Shown here: in pieces, positions 13,264 through 23,512 of the stretch | Layout of the letters: each line of letters starts with the position of its first letter | Numbering within the stretch: the stretch's first letter is position 1 | Source: an uncultured Acidobacteriota bacterium | Lineage (GTDB): Bacteria > Acidobacteriota > Blastocatellia > RBC074 | DNA length: 64,000 nucleotides | Direction of reading: 5' to 3' | Assembly: GCA_963796275.1 (NCBI GenBank) | Contig: CAWCKY010000006.1 | Location: 416,001-480,000, forward strand | Position numbers and translations under genes: made by a program | The notes under the pieces: generated by a model | The model's input: only the letters and a program-made list of their open reading frames with translations | Databases searched by the model: none | What the model was told of the DNA's origin: nothing

Positions 13264-14136
13264 TCAGACCGCCAACCCAAAGTTTTGCACCCCCCGGCCT
13301 CCAGCCAATGCCTCCAGCCTTTCGACTCGCGCCTGAGTCGATGGATGTGTGCTGAAGAGACTGGCAATGCCGCCGCCGGAGAACGGATTGATGATGAAAA
13401 GGTGCGCGGTGGCCGGCGATCCGGAATGCATGGGGATATGTTGGCTCCACGATTCGATCTTGCGCAGTGCGCTCGCCAGCGCCAACGGGTCGTTGGTCAA
13501 TCGCGCACCGGTCTCATCGGCGATGAATTCGCGCGAACGCGATATCGCCATTTGAATGAGCGGAGCTGCAATCATGGCAACCAGCATTCCGAAGATTGCG
13601 GCGATCGGGTTCGATCCGCCCTCTTCATCGTCCGAGTTGCTTCCTCCAAAGAAGAAGGCGAATTGCGCAAGATAACCCAGCGCACCGGCCAGAGAAGCTG
13701 CTACGGTCATAATTAGCGTGTCGCGGTTCATCACGTGACCGAGCTCGTGTGCAATTACCCCCGCCAGTTCGGGCCGGTCCAGCATGCGCATCAAACCCAT
13801 CGTCACAGCGACTGCGGCGTGTTGCGGATTTCGCCCGGTGGCAAAGGCGTTCGGAGTTTCCTCGGGGATAATATACACACGAGGCATCGGGATGTTGCCG
13901 CGCTGCGCGAGCTCGCGCACGATCCCGAACAGCTCCGGTGAATCGGTTTCGTTTATCTCCTGTGCATGGTACATCCTCAGCACGATTTTGTCCGACCACC
14001 AATAGCTGGCGAAATTCATGACGCCGGCAATCAGAATTGCAATGATCAAACCACCCTGCCCACCGATAGCCTGACCGATAAAGAGAAACAGGGCTGTCAG
14101 AGCAGCGAGTAGTAGAAAAGTTTTCGTTCGATTCAT
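13264..14136 (-). CDS. htpX: Zinc metalloprotease HtpX (M48)
   Basis: PNAFATGRNP, AHELGH, AISRSREFIAD and FSTHP motifs. True start is MNRTKTFLLL at 14136 with a GGAGG RBS. The longer ORF runs through the riboswitch. Confidence 0.95.
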   Translation of the reverse strand: MNRTKTFLLLAALTALFLFIGQAIGGQGGLIIAILIAGVMNFASYWWSDKIVLRMYHAQEINETDSPELFGIVRELAQRGNIPMPRVYIIPEETPNAFATGRNPQHAAVAVTMGLMRMLDRPELAGVIAHELGHVMNRDTLIMTVAASLAGALGYLAQFAFFFGGSNSDDEEGGSNPIAAIFGMLVAMIAAPLIQMAISRSREFIADETGARLTNDPLALASALRKIESWSQHIPMHSGSPATAHLFIINPFSGGGIASLFSTHPSTQARVERLEALAGGRGVQNFGLAV

Positions 14137-14171
14137 ATGTTCGTTCCCTCCATCGCGCATATCGTCAGCGC

Positions 14172-14214
14172 AAAAACGAAAAGACCTTCCGCGCGGGTAG
14201 CGCAAAAGGTCTTG
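14172..14214 (-). terminator. Intrinsic terminator forming the riboswitch expression platform
   Basis: Minus strand AAGACCTT-ttgcgctacccgcgcgg-AAGGTCTT-ttcgttttt. The 5' arm is the 3' strand of the aptamer. Confidence 0.8.
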
Positions 14215-14323
14215 ATCCTCAGGTCCAGCTGACCTCGCTGATGAGCCGGATTGCATCCCACGCAATCGTCCTGACGACTTCACCAGAATCCTCGTGGATT
14301 CGAGGATGATCTACTCCCCTTAA
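14203..14323 (-). ncRNA. yybP-ykoY (Mn2+-sensing) riboswitch
   Basis: Minus strand reads AAGGGGAGTAG...GTCGTCAGGAC...TCCGGC...CAAGACCTT, the conserved family elements in order, followed by an overlapping terminator. Confidence 0.85.
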
Positions 14324-14335
14324 ATACGAACATCA

Positions 14336-14364
14336 AACATAACTAAACCGGGCAATATCGTCAA
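14336..14364 (-). promoter_or_regulatory. Sigma70-type promoter for the riboswitch-htpX transcript
   Basis: TTGACG-17 nt-TATGTT ending about 12 nt before the aptamer. Confidence 0.6.
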
Positions 14365-15284
14365 GTACCCGCCAAAGAAATCCAGCCATCGTTCCGGTGA
14401 TTGAAGCTAAATATGTCAGGGTGAAGCAGTTCGGCCAGTATCTCCAGGGATTCGGCCAATCTTGGTCCGGGACGATTGAAGTATTTATTGCCGTCGGCGA
14501 CGAATACCCGACCCGTCTGCACTGCCTTCAAGCTATTCCACTCCTGTTTTTCTGAGAGCAGGTGCGTCTCTTCCCGGGTCCGTTTGATGTCAAAACCGCA
14601 AGGGGAGATGAAAATGATGTCAGGATCGCTCTTCACCAGTTCGTGCCAACTCATCCAGGGCGAATGCTTGCCGGCCTGGCCGAAGAGATTGATGCCGCCG
14701 GCCATCTCCACCAGCTCCGGCATCCAATTCCCGGCTGCCATCAGCGGGTCGATCCATTCGATGCAGGCGACTGTGGGGCGAGACTCGATCCCTCGGGTCT
14801 CGCTCTCGATAGCCTCCATTCGTTGCTGTAGCCCTGCTATCACATTTACCCCGCGTTCCCTCACTCCGAGGGCTTCGGCAACTCGAAGTATGTCGGCCCA
14901 GACGTCCGCCAGCTCATTCGGTTCGAGCGAGACGATAACGGGATGCGAACTGGTCAACTGGCAGACGGCATCTTCAACATCCTTGAGGCTGACTGCACAA
15001 ACCTCGCATTGCGATTGGGTGATGATGTGAGTGGGCTGGAGTCTTTCGAGCAAACCGGCGTCTACCCGATAAACGCTCAGAGCTTCCTGTAAAATTGCCT
15101 TGACGCGCTGATCTATCTCATAGCTCAAACCTTCGACCTGGAACTTGGGACTGGTGCAAATCGGCAGGCGAATTATGGAGGCGGGGAAGTCGCATTCATG
15201 CGACCGCCCCACCATTTGGGCTTCGAAGCCGAGAGCGGAGACGATCTCGGTGGCGCTGGCGATGAGTGAGATGATCCGGTTCAT
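14361..15284 (-). CDS. BtuF-like cobalamin/iron-complex binding protein without signal peptide
   Basis: RIISLIASATEI, VGRSHECDFP, GNWMPELVEMAGG and YFNRPGPRL. Begins directly with the mature-domain motif. Confidence 0.8.
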   Translation of the reverse strand: MNRIISLIASATEIVSALGFEAQMVGRSHECDFPASIIRLPICTSPKFQVEGLSYEIDQRVKAILQEALSVYRVDAGLLERLQPTHIITQSQCEVCAVSLKDVEDAVCQLTSSHPVIVSLEPNELADVWADILRVAEALGVRERGVNVIAGLQQRMEAIESETRGIESRPTVACIEWIDPLMAAGNWMPELVEMAGGINLFGQAGKHSPWMSWHELVKSDPDIIFISPCGFDIKRTREETHLLSEKQEWNSLKAVQTGRVFVADGNKYFNRPGPRLAESLEILAELLHPDIFSFNHRNDGWISLAGT

Positions 15285-15306
15285 GCTCCAATAGACTAAC
15301 GACAGA

Positions 15307-15424
15307 AGCGGTATACATTTGTAATTTTGATTGATATTGTAATTTTAGATTTGTAATTGAGTTGTCAAGTTCTCAATCAATTACAAATCTAAAATTACAA
15401 ATCTAAAATTACAAATGTACCGCT
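15307..15424. repeat. Inverted array of alternating 7-mers (ttgtaat/tttagat) forming a long hairpin
   Basis: agcggta..catttgtaatttt..ttgtaattttagatttgtaattga pairs with tcaattacaaatctaaaattacaaatctaaaattacaaatgtaccgct. Confidence 0.85.
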
Positions 15425-15441
15425 CCTTTGCGTCGAATTTC

Positions 15442-17941
15442 TTACACGCACTTAGAAAAACCGCAGTCCCTGCAGGTATAACAACCGCCCGCATATTCGA
15501 TCTGCTTGCCGCTGCACTCGGGGCAGACGCTGATCACTTTTTTCGAATCGACTGTGATCGGCGGCGTTATCACATTGGCGATGCTGACCGTCGGTTGTTG
15601 TATGGATTGCGCCATCGCCTGCTTGGCTGCCGCTCGAGCGGAGTCGGGCATATCTGCCAGACGACGTTTGGTGAGCAGTATGCATTCGGCGACGACTTGC
15701 TCCGGCGAAGTGCAGAGCCTTTCGTTGAACCAGATCGAGTGATTGCCGATAACTTTGTTCAAACTGGCCGCCACTTCTTCCGGGCCGAACCCACCGCGCA
15801 ACATCTTCGAAGCCAGGAGCCCTACGGAAACCGAAAGACCGGCGCCCGTGGCGAAGACTTCAAGCACCCGGCGGCTATCGTGATTGACGGTGACATACAG
15901 GTTCTGGTGATCGAATCGGATCTGCCACGTCGAACCGGCCAGCTCGCGCGGTCGTTCTATTTTTCCTTCCACCTCGGCCGGTTTGATAACTCTTGCCGGA
16001 AGGGACGCTGCCTTTGCTGCCGCCTCGACCTTACCCTCTAACTGCTTTCCTCCCCCCTCCGTCTCCTGCTTTTTGTCGCCGGCATTCTGTTCTGTCCCGA
16101 CAGCCGTTAAAACCTGGTTATCGCGCGAGCCATCGCGGTAGTAGCTCACCGCTTTAACTCCCATCTTCCACGCCAGGCGGTGGACGCGATCGGTGTCCTC
16201 GATCGTAAAGCTAGCAGGCGCGTTGACGGTCTTCGAGATGGAGTTATCAACGTGTTCCTGAAAGGTTTTGAGGACGCGCAGATGATCGTCCGGAGCCAGC
16301 ATCGTTGCATCGACGAAGTACTCGGGAAGCTTGTCGCGGTTCTCGACTATGTATGCGGCCGCGCGTTCGATCGATGCCGGATCGGACTGGTCAAGCTCGA
16401 GCCCGAGCACTTTAGCCGCGATCGGGTGCGCATAGGTGCGCGTCCCCAGTGTGTCGCGGCGCACATAAGCGTAAGAAAAATTCGGCTCGCAGCCTGAACT
16501 CGTCTCGGCGACGAGCGAAATCGTCCCGGTCGGCGCGATCGTCGACACTTCGTAGTTGCGAGGCGTGAGCGGAATCGATCGGTCGATACCTACTTCATCA
16601 TAGATCAGGTCTTCGTACAGTTCGCGGTTTGGCTCGAGCTCGGGCATCGGCCCTTTCTCCGCGCCGATAGCGAGCGAGGCCTTCCACGACTCCTTGCGGA
16701 AGAAATCCATCATACGACCGGCGAAGAGCGCCGATTCGGCGGTCCCGTACGAGATGCGCTTGTGGAGCAGCAGATCGGCGAACCCCATTAAGCCGAGTCC
16801 CACCGGGCGCGTCCGGTGCACTGTATCGTGAATCTCGGGCAACGGCCATGTGCAGGTATCGATCACGTTATCGAGAAATCGCACGCACCAGTAAATGTCG
16901 GCAGAGAAGCTATCCCAATCGATGTCATCCGTCTTTTCGTCGTAATATTTCGCAATATCAATAGAGCCCAGGTTGCACGCATTGTAATCGTGCAGCATCT
17001 GTTCGGCACATGGGTTCGACGCTTTCTTCAACCCCATCGAATTGCGCAGCGGATTGTGATGGTTGACATTGTCTATAAAGATGATTCCCGGCTCCGCCCA
17101 TCGATGCGTCGATTCGATGATGCGGCGCCAGATGTCGGGCGCATAGACCATGCCCGGGCTTCGGAGGCTCTTGTCCGTTATAAGCGTAATCGCCGCCCTG
17201 GCCGTCATTGACTTGCGGATCGAAGATGGGACGATCCCATGACTTGCCGTTGAACTCCGTCTCGAACCATTCGTTGTTATCGACGGCGTGCAGGAATTTA
17301 TCGGTGATAGTGACTGAAATATTGAAGTTGGTCAGGCTCTTCTGGTCGTTTTTCGCATGAATGAAGCGCAAAATGTCAGGATGCGCAACTGAGAGAATGC
17401 CCATATTCGCGCCGCGCCGCACGCCTCCCTGTTTGACGGTCTCGGTCATCGTATTGACGATCTGCATAAAGGAAACAGGGCCTGATGCGAGGCCACGGCC
17501 TTCGCCTACGGGCGTGCCAGCTGGCCGCAGGAGCTCATAAGTCATCCCGCTGCCACCGCCGCTCTGGTGGATGAGCGCGCACTGCTTGGCGTGCTCCATA
17601 ATGCCATCGAGCGAATCGGGAACAGGGAGAACGAAACATGCAGCCAACTGAGCCTTCGGTTTTCCCGCGTTGACGAGACACGGCGTATTCGGGACGAATG
17701 CGCGCTCCTCCATCAACCTCAACATCTGTATGGTAAATTCCTCGCGGCCCTGTGGGTCCGTCTCCGCCTTGGCCACGTGCGATACCACGCGCTTGACGAT
17801 GTCTTCCCATCCTTCGAGGGGATTGCCTATAATATCTTTCAAAGAATAACGTTTGGCCACCACGCGCTGAGCATTGATTCCCAATGAATTTTTAGCGGCG
17901 GGGCTGGCAAATTGAATAATTTTTTGTTTGCTTGCGCTCAT
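15442..17941 (-). CDS. nrdJ: Adenosylcobalamin-dependent (class II) ribonucleotide reductase, split by a +1 frameshift near 17153
   Basis: [54 protein letters not shown]-like domain and terminal Zn ribbon. The two ORFs join as ...[11 protein letters not shown] if one base is removed. Confidence 0.9.
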
Positions 17942-18202
17942 TTGTGCCTTCCTCGCTATCCGGTTTTAATTGCCTGACCTTCAATAAAATATGAGGCCGC
18001 TTCCCTGTCTACCGTATCTCCATCTCGGCTCATCCAGGCCAAAGTCCCTGCCGGCGAACTCCCATCCGTCTTTATAGACACCTCCAGGTGCCCGTCATAG
18101 AGTTATACTCTAACGGTTAAAGACCCAAATGCTTGCAAAAGTTAAGCTGGGGAGCTCTGAGCCGATGCAGTTACATGGTCCTTTTGGTCTCGAGCGGGGC
18201 AA

Positions 18203-18258
18203 AATATATTCCACTAGATATAGAGTTGTCAACCGGAAAACGCAACAATCTGTTGTGG
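18203..18258 (-). promoter_or_regulatory. nrdJ promoter overlapped by two NrdR boxes
   Basis: CCACTAGATATAGAGT (18211-18226) and CAACAATCTGTTGTGG (18243-18258) resemble acaCwAtATaTwGtg, 32 bp start to start. TTGACA-18 nt-TATATT on the minus strand brackets box 1. Confidence 0.75.
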
Positions 18259-18784
18259 TTTTTCTTAAGTGACGGCGGATAAAAGTGTAATTGTAAAAAT
18301 GACCGGCTACGGAAAAACGCCGGGTATTTGGAGAGAAGGGAACTAAGATACGGGAGGCCGGCGAGAGTTTGCTCCGCCATTTATCCAGGTTTTGTAGCCG
18401 GTAACTTCAAGCTTGAGGAGAAAGCTTGATACTTCGACGCAGTCGGGTGGGATTTTGTGAAAGAAGATCGGGTTGGGGTCCAGGTTGGGACTTAACCATC
18501 CATTGACTGCCGGCGGTGTTATTGGGTAAGTTGCATTTATTTTTCAATGACCATCATTGAAGAGCCACGACTGAGACCCAATCTAGCCGGTATTTTCAAC
18601 GACCAGTTAAAATAATTACTTATACATCGGCATGTTTGGGTTGAGCTCCACCCTATGAATAATTGCGCAGTCGATGTGTTGGTGCTAAGCTGAGCTCCTG
18701 GTTCATTCCGCATCAAAACAGCGGCAAGATGCGGCGAGCATAAGCCGTTTTCTGATCATTCAATTTTGAGGACGAAGAGAAGAT

Positions 18785-19096
18785 ATGACATCCTGGATCG
18801 TATTGATCTATGCAATTCTTATTGCTGTTGGCGGACTAATGGGGTACGTCAAAGCTAAAAGCGCACCATCTCTCATTGCAGGGGTGGTTGCAGGAGTTAT
18901 CCTGGCCGGTTCTGCCATCGCGATGATGAAGGACGCCTATCAAGCCGGGTGGTGGATCGCACTGATCGTAACGATTTTGTTGCTTGTGCGATTCGGCATG
19001 GCGGCGATGAATGAATTCAAAATGATGCCGGGCGGAATGGTAATTGTTCTGAGTCTGATTGTGCTTGTAGTCCTGCTCACTAATCGAGGGAGATAA
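18785..19096 (+). CDS. TMEM14 family small membrane protein
   Basis: YAILIAVGGLMGYVKAKSAPSLIAG and FKMMPGG motifs. Confidence 0.85.
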   Translation: MTSWIVLIYAILIAVGGLMGYVKAKSAPSLIAGVVAGVILAGSAIAMMKDAYQAGWWIALIVTILLLVRFGMAAMNEFKMMPGGMVIVLSLIVLVVLLTNRGR

Positions 19097-19119
19097 TTAA
19101 CTTTAGGAGGCAATAAACA

Positions 19120-19749
19120 ATGAGCAATATCGTATACAAAGCGAAGACGTTCGACCTGAGCGGGTTGAATGGAATTTCTGATGCAACTCTGGCCATGCAC
19201 TTCAAACTCTATGAAGGGTACGTCACCAATACCAACCTGCTCAACGAGCAGATTGCTGAGTTATTGAAGACCGAGATCACACCAAAAGAGATGCCGATTT
19301 ATTCGGAGCTGGTTCGGCGCCTCGGTTTTGAATACAACGGGATGGTCCTGCACGAGTGGTACTTCGGTAATATGAAGAAGGGGGGCAGCAGCGATCCTGA
19401 TAAATCGTCGGCATTACACAAAGCCGCTGAGGCAAATTTCGGGAGCTTCGAGACCTGGAAGAAGAGCTTTGTGACTATCGGCAAAATGCGCGGCGTGGGT
19501 TGGGCGGCGACCTACCAGGATCCTGTTACGGGACGGCTATCGAATCACTGGATCAACCTGCACGAGACAGGTAATGTCGCTGGTTTCGTTCCCATTCTGA
19601 TTATGGATGTTTGGGAGCACGCCTTCCTCAAGGATTACGCGCCCGCCGACCGTCCGAAATACATCGAGGCCTTCTTTTCGAACATCGATTGGGCAGCGTG
19701 CAATGAGCGTCTGGCCAAGGGGGCTGCGGCGAGGCCGGTGGCGGTTTAG
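19120..19749 (+). CDS. Fe/Mn superoxide dismutase (divergent subtype)
   Basis: Metal-ligand motifs MHFKLY, LHEWYF and MDVWEHA, plus FFSNIDW. AGGAGG RBS. Confidence 0.9.
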   Translation: MSNIVYKAKTFDLSGLNGISDATLAMHFKLYEGYVTNTNLLNEQIAELLKTEITPKEMPIYSELVRRLGFEYNGMVLHEWYFGNMKKGGSSDPDKSSALHKAAEANFGSFETWKKSFVTIGKMRGVGWAATYQDPVTGRLSNHWINLHETGNVAGFVPILIMDVWEHAFLKDYAPADRPKYIEAFFSNIDWAACNERLAKGAAARPVAV

Positions 19750-19810
19750 AGATCGCGGAGATTCACCGCAACAAACACAGGTATGGGATTTTGTAGCAAA
19801 TCTCTTACTT

Positions 19811-19849
19811 AAAAAAGAAGCCTGCCGATTAAGGCAGGCTTCCTGTTTT
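19811..19849. terminator. Bidirectional intrinsic terminator between sod and degP
   Basis: aaaaaa-GAAGCCTGCC-gattaa-GGCAGGCTTC-ctgtttt. Confidence 0.8.
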
Positions 19850-19866
19850 ATGGTTCAAATCGGTCT

Positions 19867-21429
19867 CTATTCCTGAGCTGTAATGACGACGAAAACGGAT
19901 CTCTCGCCGCGATGAAAACGCAACAAGACTTCCTTCTTATCCGCCTTCGACATTGCAGCATTGAACTCATCGATGCTGGTAACCGATTGTTTATTCACTG
20001 ATTCGATGATATCGCCGCGTCGCAAAGTACCGGCGGCGTTGCTATCAGGATCCACCTCGGTGACGATGACCCCGCGGATATCCGGCAAATTGCGGCTCAA
20101 TTCCGGCGTCAGGTTTTCAACGCGAACGCCGCTCAAAACGCCGCCGTTTGGATTTGGGGTATCTTTGCCCGGTCGATCCGCTGCATTGGCTGTTATGTCG
20201 ATCTCACCCAGCTTTGCCGTAACCACGCTCTCCGATCCTTCACGGAAGAGTTTTATCTTGGCGGTGGTTCCTGGGGGAGTTGACGATACCATGTTTCGGA
20301 ATTGAGCGTAGTCGGTGATGCGCTGACCGTTAAACTCGGTGATAACATCGCCATCCTTGATCCCGGCATTATCTGCCGGATCGCCCTTGGTAATCTCATT
20401 AACAACGATTCCATCAACACCCTTATAACCCAGCTGCCTGGCTAATTCGGGGGATATATCACCACCATATAAGCCAAGTTTGCCGCGGCGAACTTTCCCG
20501 CTCCGAATCAATTGATCCATCACATTGCGCGCCATTTTGGTAGGAATGGCAAAACCGATGCCGATGTTGCCACCCGACTGTGAATATATCTGCGAAGGAA
20601 TTCCCACCAGCTCTCCGCGCAGATTGACGAGCGCGCCGCCCGAATTGCCCCGATTGATGGCAGCATCCGTCTGCAGGAAATCTTCATAACCACCGCTGGC
20701 GACCGGTGATTGCCGTCCCTTAGCGCTGATTATTCCCATGGTGACGGTTTGCCCGATGCCAAGCGGGTTGCCGACCGCGAGAACGAGATCGCCTATCTCG
20801 ACATTGTCAGAATTACCGAACGGAAGCGTAGGAAGATTGGTGGACTCTATTTTGATCACGGCGAGATCGCTGGCAGGATCCTTACCGATGACCTTCGCTT
20901 GAAACGAACGGCGGTCGGTCAACTCGACTGTAACTTTATCCGCATCCTCGACCACATGGTTGTTGGTGATTATGTAACCGTCAGGACTGACGATTATTCC
21001 CGAACCGAGGCCCGTCGGTCGTAAACGCCCCTGAGGCGGTTGATTGCGTGGTGTCTGGCGGCGGCGCGGTGTGCCTTCATCATCCTGATCCGGTTGGTTG
21101 AAGAAATCGCGGAATGGTTCGAAGAAGAACGGGACCGTCTGCTGTTGGCGAGCGCGGCTCTCAACATTGATCGTGACTACCGTCGGCGTCACCGCCTTGG
21201 CGATCGCAGAGAACCCTCCATTGATCGTCACCTGATCATTCACTTTAGGATCTGATGAAACATAGATCGGGACTTTGTTATTATTGCTATCGTTGAACCA
21301 GCCGGCTGTCGCTGCAGAACCCGCGAGCGCGCCGATCAGCAGGACAGCCATGCCGATAATCCCTAAAATGGGACGGCTCAGCCGTTGGCGCCTGTCTATA
21401 TTCATAATTCGATTTATACCAGTTTCCAT
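19867..21429 (-). CDS. degP: DegP/DegQ (HtrA) serine protease with two PDZ domains
   Basis: GLGSGII, TNNHVV, DLAVIKI, QTDAAINRGNSGG, two PDZ-like segments and an N-terminal TM/signal. Confidence 0.92.
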   Translation of the reverse strand: METGINRIMNIDRRQRLSRPILGIIGMAVLLIGALAGSAATAGWFNDSNNNKVPIYVSSDPKVNDQVTINGGFSAIAKAVTPTVVTINVESRARQQQTVPFFFEPFRDFFNQPDQDDEGTPRRRQTPRNQPPQGRLRPTGLGSGIIVSPDGYIITNNHVVEDADKVTVELTDRRSFQAKVIGKDPASDLAVIKIESTNLPTLPFGNSDNVEIGDLVLAVGNPLGIGQTVTMGIISAKGRQSPVASGGYEDFLQTDAAINRGNSGGALVNLRGELVGIPSQIYSQSGGNIGIGFAIPTKMARNVMDQLIRSGKVRRGKLGLYGGDISPELARQLGYKGVDGIVVNEITKGDPADNAGIKDGDVITEFNGQRITDYAQFRNMVSSTPPGTTAKIKLFREGSESVVTAKLGEIDITANAADRPGKDTPNPNGGVLSGVRVENLTPELSRNLPDIRGVIVTEVDPDSNAAGTLRRGDIIESVNKQSVTSIDEFNAAMSKADKKEVLLRFHRGERSVFVVITAQE

Positions 21430-21650
21430 AGCTTTGGCTCCTCAGCAGCTACAGGAGGATTTGTGCTTCCGGTAGCTCTTATTGTTTCACTGCGCCGCAC
21501 CAGCGACGTTAACATGACCTCATAACTACTCTTGATTGCTGCAACGTAATATTCAAAGCCTGTGCGATATCCGTTCGAATGCAGCTTATCATCTTAGCAA
21601 CGGCAATCAACCTTTTCAAGAACCATACCTTCAAGAACCATACCGAGGCT

Positions 21651-21875
21651 CCTGATCGTTCCTGTTCATCCAGGACGGCCATTGTCGACTTGCTACCTGA
21701 TCGTTCCTGTTCATCCAGGACGGCCATTGTCGACTTGCTACCTGATCGTTCCTGTTCATCCAGGACGGCCATTGCCGACTTGCTACCTGATCGTTCCTGT
21801 TCATCCAGGACGGCCATTGTCGACTTGCTACCTAATCGTTCCTGTTCATCCAGGACGGCCATTGCCGACTTGCTA
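21651..21875. repeat. Minisatellite of five tandem 45-bp units
   Basis: cctgatcgttcctgttcatccaggacggccattgYcgacttgcta x5 with only two variable positions. Preceded by a 15-bp duplication, ttcaagaaccatacc x2. Confidence 0.97.
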
Positions 21876-22029
21876 AATGATGCGATTGGAGGTATTGGGG
21901 TTGCTCTCTGCATGATTAGAAAATTGGAAGGTGAAACGTGAAGGCAATGGAAAAGGCGGAGGTAGCTATAAAAATGCCAAAAAGAGCAAATATTTCGAGC
22001 GTTGTTTGCCGCTCTCTTTGTGTGCGTCC

Positions 22030-23301
22030 TTACACCTGGGTTTTCAATCGATTGGCATAGAGCGGGAAATTAGCAGTCAATTTCTTCACCTCGGCGCCGA
22101 CCCGACGGCGCACCTCTTCCTCTTCAGGAGCTTCGAGGACTTCGGCCATCAATAGAGCAATTTTGCGCATCTCATCCTCGCCCATCCCACGCGTCGTTAG
22201 CGCTGGAGTGCCGATGCGGATTCCGCTCGCTTTAAGCGGCGGGTTGGCGTCGAAAGGAATGGTGTTCTTATTGACGGTTATCCTGGCGGATTCCAGGGAT
22301 TTCTCGGCGATATTGCCGGTTATCCCTTTTGAGAAGACATCGAGAAGGAAGAGGTGATTATCGGTGCCGCCCGAGACGACCCTGAAACCGGTATCGCCGA
22401 GAGCCTGGGCGAGCGCTTTCGCGTTCACGATGATCTTCTGTTGATATGATCTGAACTCGGGCTGAAGCGCCTCTTTGAAGGACACCGCTTTCGCCGCGAT
22501 GATATGCACCAGCGGGCCGCCCTGAATGCCCGGAAAGAGAGTGCGGTCCAGGTCTTTTGCGAATTGCTCTTTGCACATAATGATTCCGGCGCGCGGGCCG
22601 CGGAGCGTCTTGTGCGTCGTCGTCGTCACAAAATCACAGTGAGGCACGGGCGAGGGGTGCAATCCGGTCGCGACGAGGCCGGCGATATGTGCGATGTCGG
22701 CGAGCACCAGCGCGCCCGCGTTGTGGGCGATATTTGCGATGCGCTCGAAATCGATGATCCGAGAATAGGCAGATGCGCCGCAGACGATCAGTTTGGGCTT
22801 GTGTTCCTGGGCGAGACGTTCCATCTCATCATAATCGATCGTCTCGTCCGTGCGGCGAACGTGATAAGGCACGACTTTGAAGCTTTTACCGGAGAAGTTG
22901 AGCGGGTGGCCGTGAGTCAGATGCCCGCCGTGCGAGAGGTCCATCCCGAGAATGGTATCGCCGTGCCGGCACGCGGTCATATAGACAGCCATATTCGCCT
23001 GGCTTCCGGAGTGCGGTTGTACGTTGACATGCTCGGCGCCGAACAGTTGTTTGGCGCGGTCGATCGCCAGATTCTCCACGATGTCAGTGAATTCGCATCC
23101 GCCGTAATATCTTTTGCCCGGCGTGCCTTCGGCATATTTGTTGGTGAATACCGAGCCGGCCGCCTCAAGCACGGCTTCAGAGACGAAATTTTCGGAAGCG
23201 ATCAGCTCGAGGCCTTCGTCCTGGCGTCTGGTCTCGTTCTGTATGGCGGCGTAGATTTCAGGATCGACTTGTGCGAGAGGGCGGTAATGATTAGTTGGCA
23301 T
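22030..23301 (-). CDS. glyA: Serine hydroxymethyltransferase
   Basis: [33 protein letters not shown] and [12 protein letters not shown]. Confidence 0.98.
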   Translation of the reverse strand: MPTNHYRPLAQVDPEIYAAIQNETRRQDEGLELIASENFVSEAVLEAAGSVFTNKYAEGTPGKRYYGGCEFTDIVENLAIDRAKQLFGAEHVNVQPHSGSQANMAVYMTACRHGDTILGMDLSHGGHLTHGHPLNFSGKSFKVVPYHVRRTDETIDYDEMERLAQEHKPKLIVCGASAYSRIIDFERIANIAHNAGALVLADIAHIAGLVATGLHPSPVPHCDFVTTTTHKTLRGPRAGIIMCKEQFAKDLDRTLFPGIQGGPLVHIIAAKAVSFKEALQPEFRSYQQKIIVNAKALAQALGDTGFRVVSGGTDNHLFLLDVFSKGITGNIAEKSLESARITVNKNTIPFDANPPLKASGIRIGTPALTTRGMGEDEMRKIALLMAEVLEAPEEEEVRRRVGAEVKKLTANFPLYANRLKTQV

Positions 23302-23512
23302 CTTCGCAAACCCTATTAAAAATAAGGAAGTAAATAAAAAGCTATGCTAGCGCAGGTTGGCCGGAAATTCACCACAAAATTCACAATAGAGGTAAAAAAC
23401 TCAAAATGCGATGAATACAGATCCGGGTTGCCAGTCGGTGAAATGTGTGCGTAAATTGGTGCCCATCGCGTTGCTTCCCTAAGACTAGTTGACTGAACAA
23501 GATAATTTCCCC

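Noticed and set aside
14137-14283. N-terminal extension of HtpX
   Set aside because: It runs through the riboswitch and terminator, and the RBS supports ATG 14136.
17942-18200. Cobalamin riboswitch upstream of nrdJ
   Set aside because: The B12 box and GCCACTG-type elements could not be found in order.
21651-21875. CRISPR array
   Set aside because: Units are contiguous and near-identical with no unique spacers, and there are no cas genes in the window.
21509-21941. Repeat-peptide ORFs as a RiPP precursor or confident CDS
   Set aside because: Several frames are open only because the unit is 45 bp with no stops. No clear RBS, leader or modifying enzymes are present.
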